64,000 nucleotides of DNA from Octopus sinensis. Lineage: Eukaryota. A program made the translations under genes and the position numbers. The stretch covers positions 40,424,001 through 40,488,000 of the forward strand of contig NC_043010.1 of assembly GCF_006345805.1 (NCBI RefSeq), written 5' to 3'. The notes beneath the pieces are model-generated. The model worked only from the letters and a program-made list of their open reading frames with translations, was not told the origin of the DNA and searched no databases. Below are positions 12,021 to 24,620 of this stretch, in pieces; within the stretch, counting starts at the first letter, position 1, and every line of letters begins with the position of its first letter.

Positions 12021-13108
12021 CTTCTTGAAATTTGTACGTAGTGCAAATGAAGCAGCAGTATATACTCTAGTACACAAAGGAATAGGATATTGTAATCCAT
12101 ATAGACATATCCCACTGTCTAAAAGCCTATACAAAGTCACCTAACCTCCAAGCAAATCTTGCTCAAACGCTAAAATTGTATCTTGTAAAACAAAATAAAA
12201 CAGAAAATAATATAAGACTACATACATATAGAAAGGAAGAGAGAGGGGGGGGGGAGAGAGAGGGAGAGAGAGAGAGATTCATCGCTGAAAAGCCTTTGAT
12301 CATTTGATCGTTTTGCCAGGGATGAAATGCGTCGAATTATCAACAATAACAGACATACAAAAGTAGACTGGGCCCATTTACAATCAATCACACTGCACAT
12401 CTAAGTGCATGTTATATCGGGGTCTGCGTTATTGTCAGTGGATTGTTATGATATATCTGAAAAAGGAGATCTGCGTTTTATTCGGAAAGCTACCAACTTG
12501 GTCTTGGTTTACCAGATCTCAGACTACGCAACAAGAACAACGATGGCATTATAAATTTATATAGACTTGTAAAGTTATCAACAGAATTGTGTTATATTAT
12601 ATTATGTCATACTATATTATATTACATTATATTATATTATATTATTATATTATAGTATATATTATTTATACAGATAAAGCAATTATATACACAGCAGGGT
12701 TAAAGGCCTGGAAATGAGGTATAGCACAATCGAGTTCCAAGGTGATGGGTTGTCAGAATGTGTAGAGCGTCTTTTAGCCGTGTGATATTTTTAATATGGC
12801 ATATTTGTATAATGAATGCTCGCACTCAGCGGCTATGGTGTTAGGCAGTATCATACCTAGATTTTCCTTTGGGTAACAGCATGGAAGCGAGAAACATGTA
12901 AAGGTGGATACCTCCTGGATTGAGATAAAAAATCTTACCTGAAACTTTGCGCTGAAGAGAAACTCTTCGGTTGTTTATTTGTGATAATAGGAAAGATACT
13001 GGCGCACTTAATCATCTTGTCTTGGATGAGAAAATGGTTGCTCTTCATGAATTACACAATCACAAACGAAAACATATAGCTATATACGTACATATAAAGC
13101 GATACAAT

Positions 13109-13178
<70 letters not shown>

Positions 13179-13468
13179 TACATATATATGCATGTATGTG
13201 CGTATGTATACATGTTTCTGTATGTGTGTATGTATATATATAATATATATATTAATAATTGGCAAAGATTCTTCCATGTCATTAACTGCCAGACAAAATT
13301 AATAGATATTAAATGGTGTGTTCCGGATTAAACTGTTAAATCATTCAAATTTATCAATTGTGCTATATATGTACATAAATATATACGAATATATGTGTGT
13401 ATCTGTGTGAGTGTATTTATGTATGTATACATACATATATATATATACATATACATACATGCATACAT

Positions 13469-13499
<31 letters not shown>

Positions 13500-13836
13500 G
13501 TAATGAATATATGCAAGATAAAATTTGTATTTTAGTTATGGAAACAGTTGTTATGCTTAATACCAAAGTCTTGAAATATCTTGGGAATCTTTGGCTCTTA
13601 CTCGTTTAAATAGCCTGAACATTTGTTTTTTTTTTCCAATTTATCTCTATGCCCAATCTTATTATAGAATATTATAGTGAAATAACAATATACCAGTTTT
13701 TAAAATGCACGTTAAACAACGAAGCTCTTAGTTTCTGTAGACATAATTCTTTATGGAAATTCCCAAGAGCCGCCTTTCTAAAATGGTCTTCTAACTCAGT
13801 ATTTACATTTTATTAATTATGGCTTGTAGAATGACC

Positions 13837-14210
13837 GGTCAGAATCGTTAGCCCTCCAGGCAAAATATCACAGCGGTGTTATGTCCGTGTTTATGTTCTG
13901 AATTCAAATTTCGCCGAGATCGATTTTAACAACCACTCTAGGCACCAGGCCCGGAATTTTGGGCGAGGGGCCAGTCGAATCGATCGACTCCTTTACGCAG
14001 CTGGTACTTAATTTATCGATCTCGAGAGGATGAAGGGAATGTCGACCACGGCGGAATTTTGAGCTCAGAACACAAAAGCAGGCGAAATACCGCTAAGCAT
14101 TTCGCTCGGCGTGCTAAGGTTTCTGCCAGCTGGCCACCTTTCACACTTGCCCAAGGTGCCACGCAGTGGGACTGAACCCGGAACCATGTGGTTGGTAAAC
14201 AAGCTACTTT
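13837..14210. mobile_element. SINE cluster: Meta-like (+, about 13837-13925), Meta-like (-, about 13935-14141), CORE-like head (-, about 14143-14210)
   Basis: Family motifs agaatcgttagc, gaattcaaatttcgccgag, gctggtacttaatttatcga and acacttgcccaaggtgccacgcagtgggactgaacc. Confidence 0.7.
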
Positions 14211-15594
14211 ATCTATATCTATAAAACTGTCCTTGGACGAAAATTGTATGTACATTTTGCTCTGACGGTTAATGGCGGCCGAACTGAGGCTTGGATCGAG
14301 CTGAAAATTGGCAGGGATACTAAATGCGTGGTGAGGATGAGAACCGCAATGGTTAAAATTCGCAAGCTATAAAGATGTGGTGGCTATGGCAAAAAGAGTG
14401 ATTTTTTATCGGTTCAAGGGGACTCAGGGTCCCTCTAGATTTGTGCGATTGGCTTTTAAGGCCCAGCGTCATGCACTGCAGGCTGTTGTGCTTAATAAAC
14501 ATACATTTTCTCGCGAAATTCCGGCTATATAAATGTGGACGTGCTGATTAACTTTTCTATGTTCTGATGATGGCGCTTGGTCAGAAATACAGGGGGTAAG
14601 TTTTCCTAGCATTTTCAGATTTATAATTCTCGACATATTATGTTGATAACGGAAATGAATTTTCATAATTCTAATCCAGAAACGCGTCCATTATTAATCG
14701 AAGGCTGTTTGATTTCATTATTTTTCTTCTTTTTGCCTATGTGAGTTACAAATATTGTTATCTGTGGAGACATATTTTTGTAGAAAAAAGAAATAGCAGT
14801 CTTTTTGACTGCTATTTCTAAACTTTTCGATACGTGGTTAAGCAACTTGTTAAACTATTAATTGTTGCTATAATTATATATATATAAAAAAAAAAAACCT
14901 TTTGTATAAGTTTTAAACGAATATGGTTCTTTTTTATACCTCATGGCCAAACGCTAGTAAATCTTCTCCAAACTTCTTTTTTTATTACCTGCAAATTTCA
15001 TTAACTTTATTCTTACTGTAAATCGTAGGTTGAAAGATCAGTACTCGATATTTCGTATATTTCGCATTAACATTATTATTACTCACGTCTTTTATATTAT
15101 TCTATACTTTACTCGAGTTTTACGAATTTGAACTACCACCCCATACTATAAAATTATCTTACGAAACTATACTTCCTTGGCCGTGCACACAAACACACAC
15201 ACACACATATGTGCACATTAATTGCCAACATATAAACCAATATATGTGCATACACTAAAAAAACACACCTATTAAGGTGCCTACAAACTCTTATAAACGT
15301 ACACGCTTATGAGCATGTTCTGTAACGTAAGTCAGTTATGATGGAACGTACTGACCAATGGTGTTCCAGTCATATTTATGTCGCCGCGTTTTTCTATATT
15401 TAATTCCACATTGCTCTATATTGTCCTTTGTATTTTCACGGCCGAAGTGTTTGATATTTAAAAATTGGCCCACTATTTCACAGAGGCTGTGTGAATATGC
15501 ATTTGGCCTTTGTTAAATAACATCTGGTGAATAACAAGTGAAACAAGATATGAAGATCAGTTCGAAGAAAACTTTTTATACAGACACACACACA

Positions 15595-15645
<51 letters not shown>

Positions 15646-15877
15646 CTGTGTGTGTATGTGTGTGTAAATGGGCGAGTGCATGTTTATTCAGGCTAGGAGT
15701 TAGTAATGTGTACAATAGAGCTCAATATATAATAAAAACTAAATCATATTTTTTTGTGTTTATTTGAATCAAGTATTTTTCTATCTAAATTAAGGAATAT
15801 GTAAGTCCACACTTATGTACATATACTCATGCACGCACGCAAACAAACATTTGTAAAACACACACACATTAATATAT

Positions 15878-15957
<80 letters not shown>

Positions 15958-16082
15958 ATTATATATATATAATATATATATATATATACATATACATTTT
16001 TATATATATGTATGTCCGTACGTCTATCTGTAACAGACGCACACACACACATATATATACATGTATATATAATATATATATA

Positions 16083-16114
<32 letters not shown>

Positions 16115-16927
16115 TGTGTGTTTATATATGTATGTCTATCTATAACAGACGCCCGTTATAACACACACAAACACAAGCACACACAAATACAAACACACGC
16201 GCACACACTCGTACGTTGTATTATTGTATTCAGCAGCAAGATGTTGGAAAAATATACAAAACACTGTGTAAAAATAATAAAAGCAAAATATAAGCAGACA
16301 CAAGGATTTGAAATATATTTGTTAATTTGCGCTTCTGTTGTAATCCAATTAACGACTGAACCAATCTACTGAAAATTTACTGAGAAAAATATATTAAAGG
16401 CGAGAGGGAGAAAGAGAGAGAGAGAGAGGAAGAGAGAGATAGAGCGTGATGTGGGTGAAAGAGATCTATTTAGTGAACTATTGACAAGCTTCTAGCGAAA
16501 TAAGCTTTTACGCATTGCTTCTCAAGCAAGTATGGACCTGCTTGTTTTCCTAACGCTAAATCAATTACCGAAACGCGGAATCATATAGCAGAACCGTCAC
16601 AGGATATTGGCACGGAGCGAGACAATAACGTATTTCACAGCAAAGGCCAAACTGGGGGGAGGAGAAGAAAAACGAAATAAAATACAAGGAATGGGGGGGA
16701 AAAAACAGTAAATCAGTGTAAAGGAGTGAAAGATAGATAAAAGAAGAATGTGAAAACACGAATGAAAGCAAGGAGAGAGAGAAAGACAGATAAACTGAAA
16801 CATACTGGACTCTGAGATAAAGAGTTAATGAGATTTCCGAAGAATATTGTAGATAGTGTTATATCACAAAAACCATAAGCATGATAATAGATGGAAAAGT
16901 GGAAACGCTTCAAGTCTCCTTCAAAGA

Positions 16928-16989
<62 letters not shown>

Positions 16990-17057
16990 CATCATTATTA
17001 TTATTATTATTATTATTATTGTTGTTGTTGTTGTTGTTGCTGTTGTTATTATTATTA

Positions 17058-17116
<59 letters not shown>

Positions 17117-17134
17117 ATTATTATTATTATTATT
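16928..17134. repeat. Compound (ATT)n(GTT)n(ATT)n microsatellite
   Basis: Read directly. Confidence 0.95.
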
Positions 17135-17464
17135 CTATGTTTGACTTTTGCTTTACATTGGCATAAGCTGGCTCCAAGTCTCACCCAGACACCTCAAGAG
17201 ACAACAAGTTGGAAGTTCCCGTTGGTGTTATGCCTAGGGTGCCATATATTTGGTTTTGTATTTAGTGTTGTACTAGTGAATGCCTAAAGAACCATACGAA
17301 AATTATGTTTGTTTTCAAACTTGAGATTACATAGAAAGTATTTTTCGTAGGATATGAGCAGTTCCCATGGGCACTATCTTTTGAATTTCTGCCATTTTGG
17401 GGTTTCCTGCTATCTGAGTTAGGTAGCAATCAGCCCCTTTTGCTATTATTATTATTATTATTGC

Positions 17465-17528
<64 letters not shown>

Positions 17529-17530
17529 TT

Positions 17531-17744
17531 TAAGGCGGCGAGCTAATAGAATCATAAGCACGCCGGCAAAATGCTTAGTGGCATTTCGTCCGTTTTTACG
17601 TTTTTAGTTTGAATGGCGCCGAGGTCGACTTTGCCTTTCATCGTTTCGGGGTCCATAACTTAAGTAACAGTGAAACACTGGGACCGACGTAATCGACTAG
17701 TACCGTTCCCACAAATTTTAGGCCTTGTGTCTCCAGTAGAAAAG
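17531..17744 (+). mobile_element. Meta-domain-like tRNA SINE
   Basis: aaggcggcgagct...gccgaggtcgactttgcctttcatc...ggccttgtgtctccagtagaaaag, followed by a trinucleotide tail. Confidence 0.75.
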
Positions 17745-17818
17745 ATTGTTATTGTTGTTGTTGTTGTTGTTGTGGTGGTGGTGGTGGTTGTGGTGGTGGT
17801 GGTGGTGTTGGTGGTATC

Positions 17819-18029
17819 AAGGGGCCGAGTTGGCAGAATCGTTAGCACGCCAGGCGAAATGCTTAGCGGTTTTTCGTCTGCTGCTACGTTCTGAGTTCAA
17901 ATTCCGCCGAGATCAGCTTTACCTTTTGTCCTTTCGGGGTTGATAAAATTAGTACCAGTTACGCATTGGGGTTGACTACATTGACTTAATCCCTTCCCCC
18001 AAATTTGGGGCCTTGTGCGTCCACTAGAA

Positions 18030-18030
<1 letters not shown>
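17819..18030 (+). mobile_element. Meta-domain-like tRNA SINE with (ATT)n tail
   Basis: gttctgagttcaaattccgccgag...cctttcggggttgataaaattagtaccag...gggccttgtgcgtccactagaaattatt. Confidence 0.8.
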
Positions 18031-18089
<59 letters not shown>

Positions 18090-18092
<3 letters not shown>

Positions 18093-19054
18093 TAGTTTTA
18101 TTTTTATAGCGTGCTTTCACTTCACTACTGAGCGCAGCTCTGTGTGCCTTAGGTATGTGCTGTGATTTGTTGTGATGCTCTGATGGTTATTGCATGGAAA
18201 GTGTTCTGTGTAGGATGTGTGCAGTGCCTAGTAGTGCAATTTTCTGTATGTTATATGTGTTTGTAAGTCCTGGTGTTTTTGTTATGTATTTGTCTGAATA
18301 TTTTTTTATCATGCCTAACGCACCTACTATGATAGGAATTGTTTCTGTTTTTAGATTCCACATTCTGGTTACCTCTATTTCCAGGTCTTTGTATTTTGAA
18401 AGTTTCTCCATTTCTTTTAGAGACATGTTGTCATCTGCCGGTATTGATACATCAATTAGAAAGCATTTTTTTCTTCATGATCTCTGACAACTATATCTGG
18501 TCTGTTGGCTTTAATTTCTCTATCTGTGTGTATCGGCATATCCCAGAGTATGGTTGCTTTCTCGTTTTCTGTGACCTTTTCTGGTGTGTGCCTATACCAT
18601 CTTTTTTCTGTTGTTATTCCATAATGTTGGCATAGCTTCCAGTGTATGTAGGTTCCAACTCTGTCATGTCTGTGAATATATTCCTTCTTAGCCAGGACTG
18701 GGCAGCCAGAAATAATATGATTTATTGTTTCTTGTCCATCTCCACATATTCTGCAGTTACTTGTTATATTTCTTTTCATTGCATGTTTTTGGTAATTTCT
18801 GGTGGGGAGGCTTTGGTCTTGTGCTGCAATTAAAAATCCCTCTGCCTCTGCTTTAAGTCCTGAGCTTCTCAACCATTGGTGGGATTTTTCTTTGTCTATT
18901 TCTTTTGCGTTTAGTTTAGTCCAGTACTTACCATGAAGGGGCTTTTCTTGCAATCGTTTTATCATGGTTCGTTGCTGTTCTATTTTTAGTTTGGATTTCA
19001 TTTGTTTTATAGCTTTTGTTGTTTCTTCATCTTCTTCTTCTTGTTCTTCATATT
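18090..19054 (-). mobile_element. 5'-truncated R4/Dong-clade RLE LINE (CCHC zinc knuckle + restriction-like endonuclease + 3' UTR), one frameshift
   Basis: Track ORFs 18456-19199 (LHGKY, GFLIAAQDQSLPTRNY, CRICGDGQETINHIISGC, ILWDMPIHTDREIKANRPDIVV) and 18187-18426 (EKLSKYKDL, IPIIVGALG, QKIALLGTAHIL). (ATT)n on both flanks. Confidence 0.92.
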
Positions 19055-19069
19055 TATTATTATTATTAA

Positions 19070-19130
<61 letters not shown>

Positions 19131-19132
19131 GT

Positions 19133-19300
19133 TAGTTAGCGGCATTTTTGTCTGTATTCCCGTTCTGGTTTCAAATTTCGGTGGGTTCGATTTTGCCATT
19201 CATCCTATCGAGATCAATATAATAATTACCAATTGAGCACTGGAGTCGATGTAAACGACTTATCCTCTCTCTCAAAATTGTTGGCCTTGTGCACAAATTT
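19133..19300 (+). mobile_element. Degenerate Meta-like SINE
   Basis: ttagcggcatttttgtctg...gagcactggagtcgatgtaaacgac...ggccttgtgc. Confidence 0.6.
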
Positions 19301-19616
19301 GAAATCATCATCATAATGTTCAGAACTAAAACAAGTAACACATATAAGATTATTATTATCATCATCATCATCACCATGAGTTCCACCGAGTGTCTGATAC
19401 GCTTGACGATTCTGTTGACATGTTTATCACTCCATAACTTAGTGGTTTGGCAAGACACACTGATAGATTGAGTACTAAGCTTTAAAAAATTACTAGGATC
19501 GACCCATTTACTAAAAATTCTTAAAGGCAGTGCTCCAGCATGGCTGCACACTGCTGACTGAAACAAATAAAATATGAAAAAAAATCATCATGGTCATCGT
19601 CATCATCATCATCATT

Positions 19617-19648
<32 letters not shown>

Positions 19649-19726
19649 TATTAGTGTAGCAAAATAGCCGAAAAAATACTTTGTGGCATTTCGCCTGTCT
19701 TTGTGTTCTGTGTTTAAATTTTGCCG

Positions 19727-20511
19727 AGCTGTGTGTGCCCTAGGTATGTGCTGTGGTTTGCTGTGATGCTCTTACGGTCACGGCATTGAAATGGTTTTAC
19801 GTAGTATGTGTGCAGTGCCTAGTAGTGCTATTTTCTGTATATTATATACATTTGTTAGTCTTGGTGTTTTTGTTATGTATTAGTCTGAATATTTTTATCA
19901 TACCTAATGCGCCCACTACGATAGGAATTAATTCTGTTTTCACATTCGAGTTACCTCTATTTCCAGGTCTTTGCATTTTGAATGTTTCTCCATTTCTTTC
20001 ACAGAAACGTTGTCGTCTGCTGGTGTTTATACATGAATTAAGAAGCATATTTTTCTTCCTGATCTCTGACATCTATATCTGGCCTATTGGCCTTAATTTC
20101 TTTGACTGTGTGTATTGGCATATCCCAGAGTATGGTTGCTTTCTCATTTTCTGTGACCTTTTTTGGCGTGTGCTTATACTATTTTTTTCTGCTGTTATTC
20201 CATAGCGTTGGCATAGCTTCCAGTGTATGTAGGTCCTAACTCTGTCTATCGTGTCGGGGAATATATTACTTTTTAGCGAGGACTGAGCAACCAGAGACAA
20301 TATGATTTATTGTTTCTTGTCCATCTCCACATATTCTGCAGTTACTTGTTATGTTTCTTTTCATTATATGTCTTTCATAATTTCTGGTGGGAAGGCTTTG
20401 GCTTTGTGCTGCAAACAAAAATCCTTCAGTCTCTGCTTTGAGTCCTGAGCTTCTCAACCATTGGTGGGATTTTGCTTTGTCTATTTCTTTTGCGTTTAGT
20501 TTAACCCAGTA
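19727..20511 (-). mobile_element. Second, more decayed R4/Dong RLE LINE fragment
   Basis: Homologous to 18135-18925 (LRSSGLKAETEGFLFAAQSQSLPTRNY, CRICGDGQETINHIVSGC, IPIVVGALG) with multiple frameshifts. The 5' side abuts (ATT)/(GTT)n. Confidence 0.88.
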
Positions 20512-20550
20512 TTATTATCATTGTTGTTGCTGTTGTTGTTGTTGTTGTTG

Positions 20551-20584
<34 letters not shown>

Positions 20585-21357
20585 TTATTAATTGCTGCAC
20601 ACCCGCCCGTCACCTCAGAATCATTTGATTCAGATGATTGTTGGTGTAAAAAGGCAGAAAATGTAAAGACGGGAGTGTAATGGTTGAGCCAAACAGAAAA
20701 CAAAACCGGAAAGAATAAGCAGAACTGCAATTTTAAAGTTCTCTGCTTTCGGCTAGACAACACCTTCACTTCCTAACCATCTACTCCAGCCACAACGAAA
20801 CAGCCAAATCGATAACCGCAACAACAAAAGCGTAGAAAGACATAAACAGAATGATCACAAAAAAATAATTGGAAAGCGTCAGATTACCAACAGCCAAAAG
20901 GTCAACCGAACCACGTCAGCAAAGTTAATCTGCGAATAAAGACAAGAAATTGGTGAGCATACAAGAGATATACAAAAACTTTGACAGAATGAGAACGAGG
21001 CCAAATTTCAACCAGCAGATTGGGTTTTGATAAAAATGTTATGCGATTCAACAAATGAACTTGTCGTAAAAAAACTTCTTAAGAATTGAATCATAATAGA
21101 GTCTAGTGGCGGGAACATCATTTTAAAACCATTTTCTGAAATTGAAAGCAAGTGACCTGCCACATCTTGTTTTTTTCTTTCAATCACCATGCTTAAAATT
21201 GGAGTAGGATTTGTAAATGTTCTTGGTTTCGAGTTACCTTGGATGTAAAGCCGCTTATTTAACGAATTCAAGCCACTAGATATAAATGTACAGCAATAAT
21301 CAGCACCAGGGTTTCCTGGAGGCACCCATACTTATTTTCGACTTCTACGTATACATA

Positions 21358-21385
21358 CGGGGTTGGCCAAAAATCACCCGACAGT
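21358..21385. mobile_element. Tc1/mariner-type terminal inverted repeat (solo end)
   Basis: TA-CGGGGTTGGCCAAAAATCACCCGACAGT, similar to the ends of 23219-23458. Confidence 0.45.
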
Positions 21386-22306
21386 TGGCTTTCATCGGGA
21401 TGCGACGGGGTTTTGATTATCCTTCCAGAGCCGAATACTAAGCACATTTTCTTGGATATTTGCAACTGTTCAGGCAGTTTTTAACACTACATGACCATGC
21501 CCGATATAGGCGGGACAGCTGAAGTTTTTCATTGAAGAGTGAAGAAGGGCGCCGAACATGCGGATGAAGGTAAGATAGACGAACGTGAAGGACCGTATTC
21601 AAATGACCTGAAACTCCGAATGTCGAAAGATTGAATAACCGAAAGTTCGGAACACTGAATTTTAAAACATCTAAGAAAAAAATTTACACAATGGTCTTCA
21701 AAGACATTTATATATGATTTTTTAAAATTAGGTTATCAAAAGATATTTAATGTCATTATGCTACGTTAGAATAGCAAAAGGTAAGCTATATATATGATGA
21801 ACATATTCAAATAAAACAATTGATAGCATCAGTGTATTTAGGGTATAGGGTAATGAAGATGTAAGCGAGAATTGGAATAATTTATCTATCGAATACTGCG
21901 CTGTTTAAATTCTTTTATTATCGAATATATTCCTCTTTGTCGTTCAATAAAAATATAAAAATACCAAACGATTGAAAGCCCGTATTTACTGGTATAATGT
22001 AGCGAAAGAGTGGAGGTAAAGGGAGGTAAGAAAGAAGATAAGTAAGTTTGATATATTTATGTTTGTAGTTGCAGAAAAAAATAATGGTTATATTCAATAA
22101 TGAAAGAATTAAAAAATCTAAGTATTCGAGTAATAATACTGTTAATTTCTCTTTACATCTTCGGCACAATATCCCTGCGATACACTTGTGTACACACACA
22201 CACCCACACACACACACACACACACACATACATACACAAACACACACCCACACATACACATACGTACATATATGCATACATATTTATATACGTAATTACT
22301 TATTGT

Positions 22307-22354
<48 letters not shown>

Positions 22355-23069
22355 TGTAAGTAAATATGCTCCCTGTGCTTCCCTTGGTTTATTTTACTTT
22401 GCAATAGTATAATAAAAATAAACTAAAATATATGTTTCTATAATAAATTCACTTCAAAACTGTAAATAAATGTCTTTTAGATATTTATTTGCTTGTCTTT
22501 CTTCTAAAATAATTATTCTGACGCAGCATAATAAAAAAGTGGAAGTCGGCCATATTTCATGCCCCTAAGGAACTACATTTTATGACTACAAATAAGTATT
22601 TTAAGACCGTTTTAATTCGATACTAGTTATATAGACATAGGTTAATACCTAAGTAAATATGTTAGACTGCATTAATCGAATAAGCTACCTTTTAAAACTG
22701 TTTTCAAATTCTACTTGGAAAGGATGGTGTAGGTGGAGACAGTGGTGAAGGTAGGGTTCTACTGCCTCTCCACTCCTCAAACTCTTCAGCAAGTGGGTGA
22801 GAATAGTGTATATGATACATGTAAATAGGCCAGCTCGGATCATACACATGTGAACCAGGAATACAGCTGAGAAAGGGCACTTGTACATGGTGATCACAGT
22901 CTGCGATATTTTGTGGTATTAAGTCATTTGGCCTAAGTTACCCTCATATTGGGAAATTTTGTTATTCGGAATTTTTTGTTTCTGTTGTTTTTTCCCGGGG
23001 TCCTACGTAATATATTTGAATTATTCATTTTGTTTTATTGTTTTGCTCTAAAATTAGTAATGTATTGAT

Positions 23070-23212
23070 AGGCGCAGGCGTGACTATGTTGAGTAGGAAG
23101 GCTTCAGCCATAAGGTTTCACTTTCAGTCTCACTGTGTAGCACCTTGAGCAAGTACTATAGTCCTAATATTACTAAAGCCTTCTGAGTAGAAACTGAAAG
23201 AAGCCTGTCGTA
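23070..23212 (+). mobile_element. Degenerate CORE-like SINE head
   Basis: aggcgcaggcgtgact...gcaccttgagcaagt...aaactgaaagaagcctgtcg. Confidence 0.6.
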
Positions 23213-23218
23213 TACATA

Positions 23219-23457
23219 TGTGGTTAGCCAAAAATCCCCCGACAGTAAATCGAAATTCCATTAATACTTAATATTCATTTTTACTTATTCATTCCAATTA
23301 TGAATTTTTAATAATTGAATGCTGTGAGTTAAAATCACCGCTTTTGTTTCAACATTGCTCTATTTATTAGCGAAGACCCATATAGAATTATTTTTCGCTT
23401 CAATCTTGGAATTAAATGGTTTTGATTTACTCTCATGTGACTTTTGGTCAACCATGT

Positions 23458-23458
<1 letters not shown>
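23219..23458. mobile_element. MITE with about 30-bp imperfect TIRs, TA flanks (Tc1/mariner-like)
   Basis: Left gtggttagccaaaaatcccccgacagtaaat; right (reverse complement) catggttgaccaaaagtcacatgagagtaaat. Confidence 0.55.
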
Positions 23459-23494
<36 letters not shown>

Positions 23495-23631
23495 CAACAG
23501 GATATCATGTAGTGATGCAATCATTACATCAATTTAAATGCAGTTCCATCTTCAGCTGAAGAAATGAATAAATAAATAGAAATTTAACAAGTAGGACACA
23601 TATATGTGTATGTATATATATATATATACAC

Positions 23632-23664
<33 letters not shown>

Positions 23665-23879
23665 CGTGTGTGTGTGTGTGTGTATCCATATATGTGTGTA
23701 TCTGTCTGTCTGCCTTTGATAACCGGCTTTTGGTGTATTGACATCCCCGTTACTTAACTGTTTGGTTGGCAAAACTACAAGTACCAGGGTCTATACGTTC
23801 GACTAAAATTTTTCAACGATGTACACCGGTATGGCCGCAGTCTAATGACTGAGACAACTAAAAGATATGGTATTTATTT

Positions 23880-24620
23880 TCCAATTTTCTTGTATGTATG
23901 TTTTCTTATATGCTATGTATTTGAGATTATATCTTAATGTTGGGTAGCGAGTTTCTACGGTTCATGATGTGCAGAACGTATTAGATCAACGCGTAAGAAT
24001 CGTGTCGAATATGAGCTAAGTGAATCATTGATCCCATATTAACAGATGTTGGAATTAAATTTGAATATGTGTATTAATGTTTTTTGAGTGATGGTCATTC
24101 TATACAGTATTTTCTGTGTGCATAGTGTATATTGTTTTCATTCGTGCTATAGAACTGGGTTTTTTTTACGTAGGATGTGTTGTGCCCAGCAGAAATATTA
24201 TTTGCAGTATGATGTTCTTAACTTTGATATGTTTTGCATACCTTTGTTCATAATTTTGTTTTTTTCATATCATTCATATCATAATAGCTTACTTCCGCTC
24301 CGCCAAGACTTAAGAAATGTTTGTCATGAAATGGTTTTTGTCTCTATTTTACTGTAAAATATTTAGGAATGAACTGTCGTTTTTGTCTGTCATTTTTTAT
24401 CTAATCATCTGTTCGGTTATTTTCTATTTATCTAAAACGTATCCTTCAGCGTAGTTAACTTTCAGTTTGTAATTATTTATTTCTTGATATAAAGAATAAA
24501 AATTGTTTCTCATTTACTTTTTTGTCTGCTAATTGTATCCATACTGCACTGATCAGATTTTTCCTTGTTTACTCATAATTACTTTTCTAGTCCTATTATT
24601 ACTTTAGTTGCTTAACCCAC
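23880..24620 (-). mobile_element. Possible highly decayed L1/Tx1-like LINE C-terminal remnant
   Basis: A-rich minus strand. Fragment QKILYRMTITQKTLIHIF resembles the Tx1 post-RT motif (Q.KILHR...T...L..I). Many stops. Confidence 0.25.

Noticed and set aside
14560-14600. Hammerhead-like CTGATGA...GAAA
   Set aside because: Stem II is plausible, but there is no U16.1-H17 triplet closing stem III and no stem I complement.
18456-19199. 247-aa ORF with a poly-Asn tract as a novel chimeric protein
   Set aside because: The N-terminus is the antisense of a decayed SINE, the poly-N is the (AAT)n microsatellite, and the rest is a truncated R4 LINE with a frameshift before the end of the endonuclease. 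An accidental fusion is the simplest explanation.
21008-21325. 105-aa ORF as an annotated CDS
   Set aside because: No recognisable homology or splice context; kept only as a low-interest finding.
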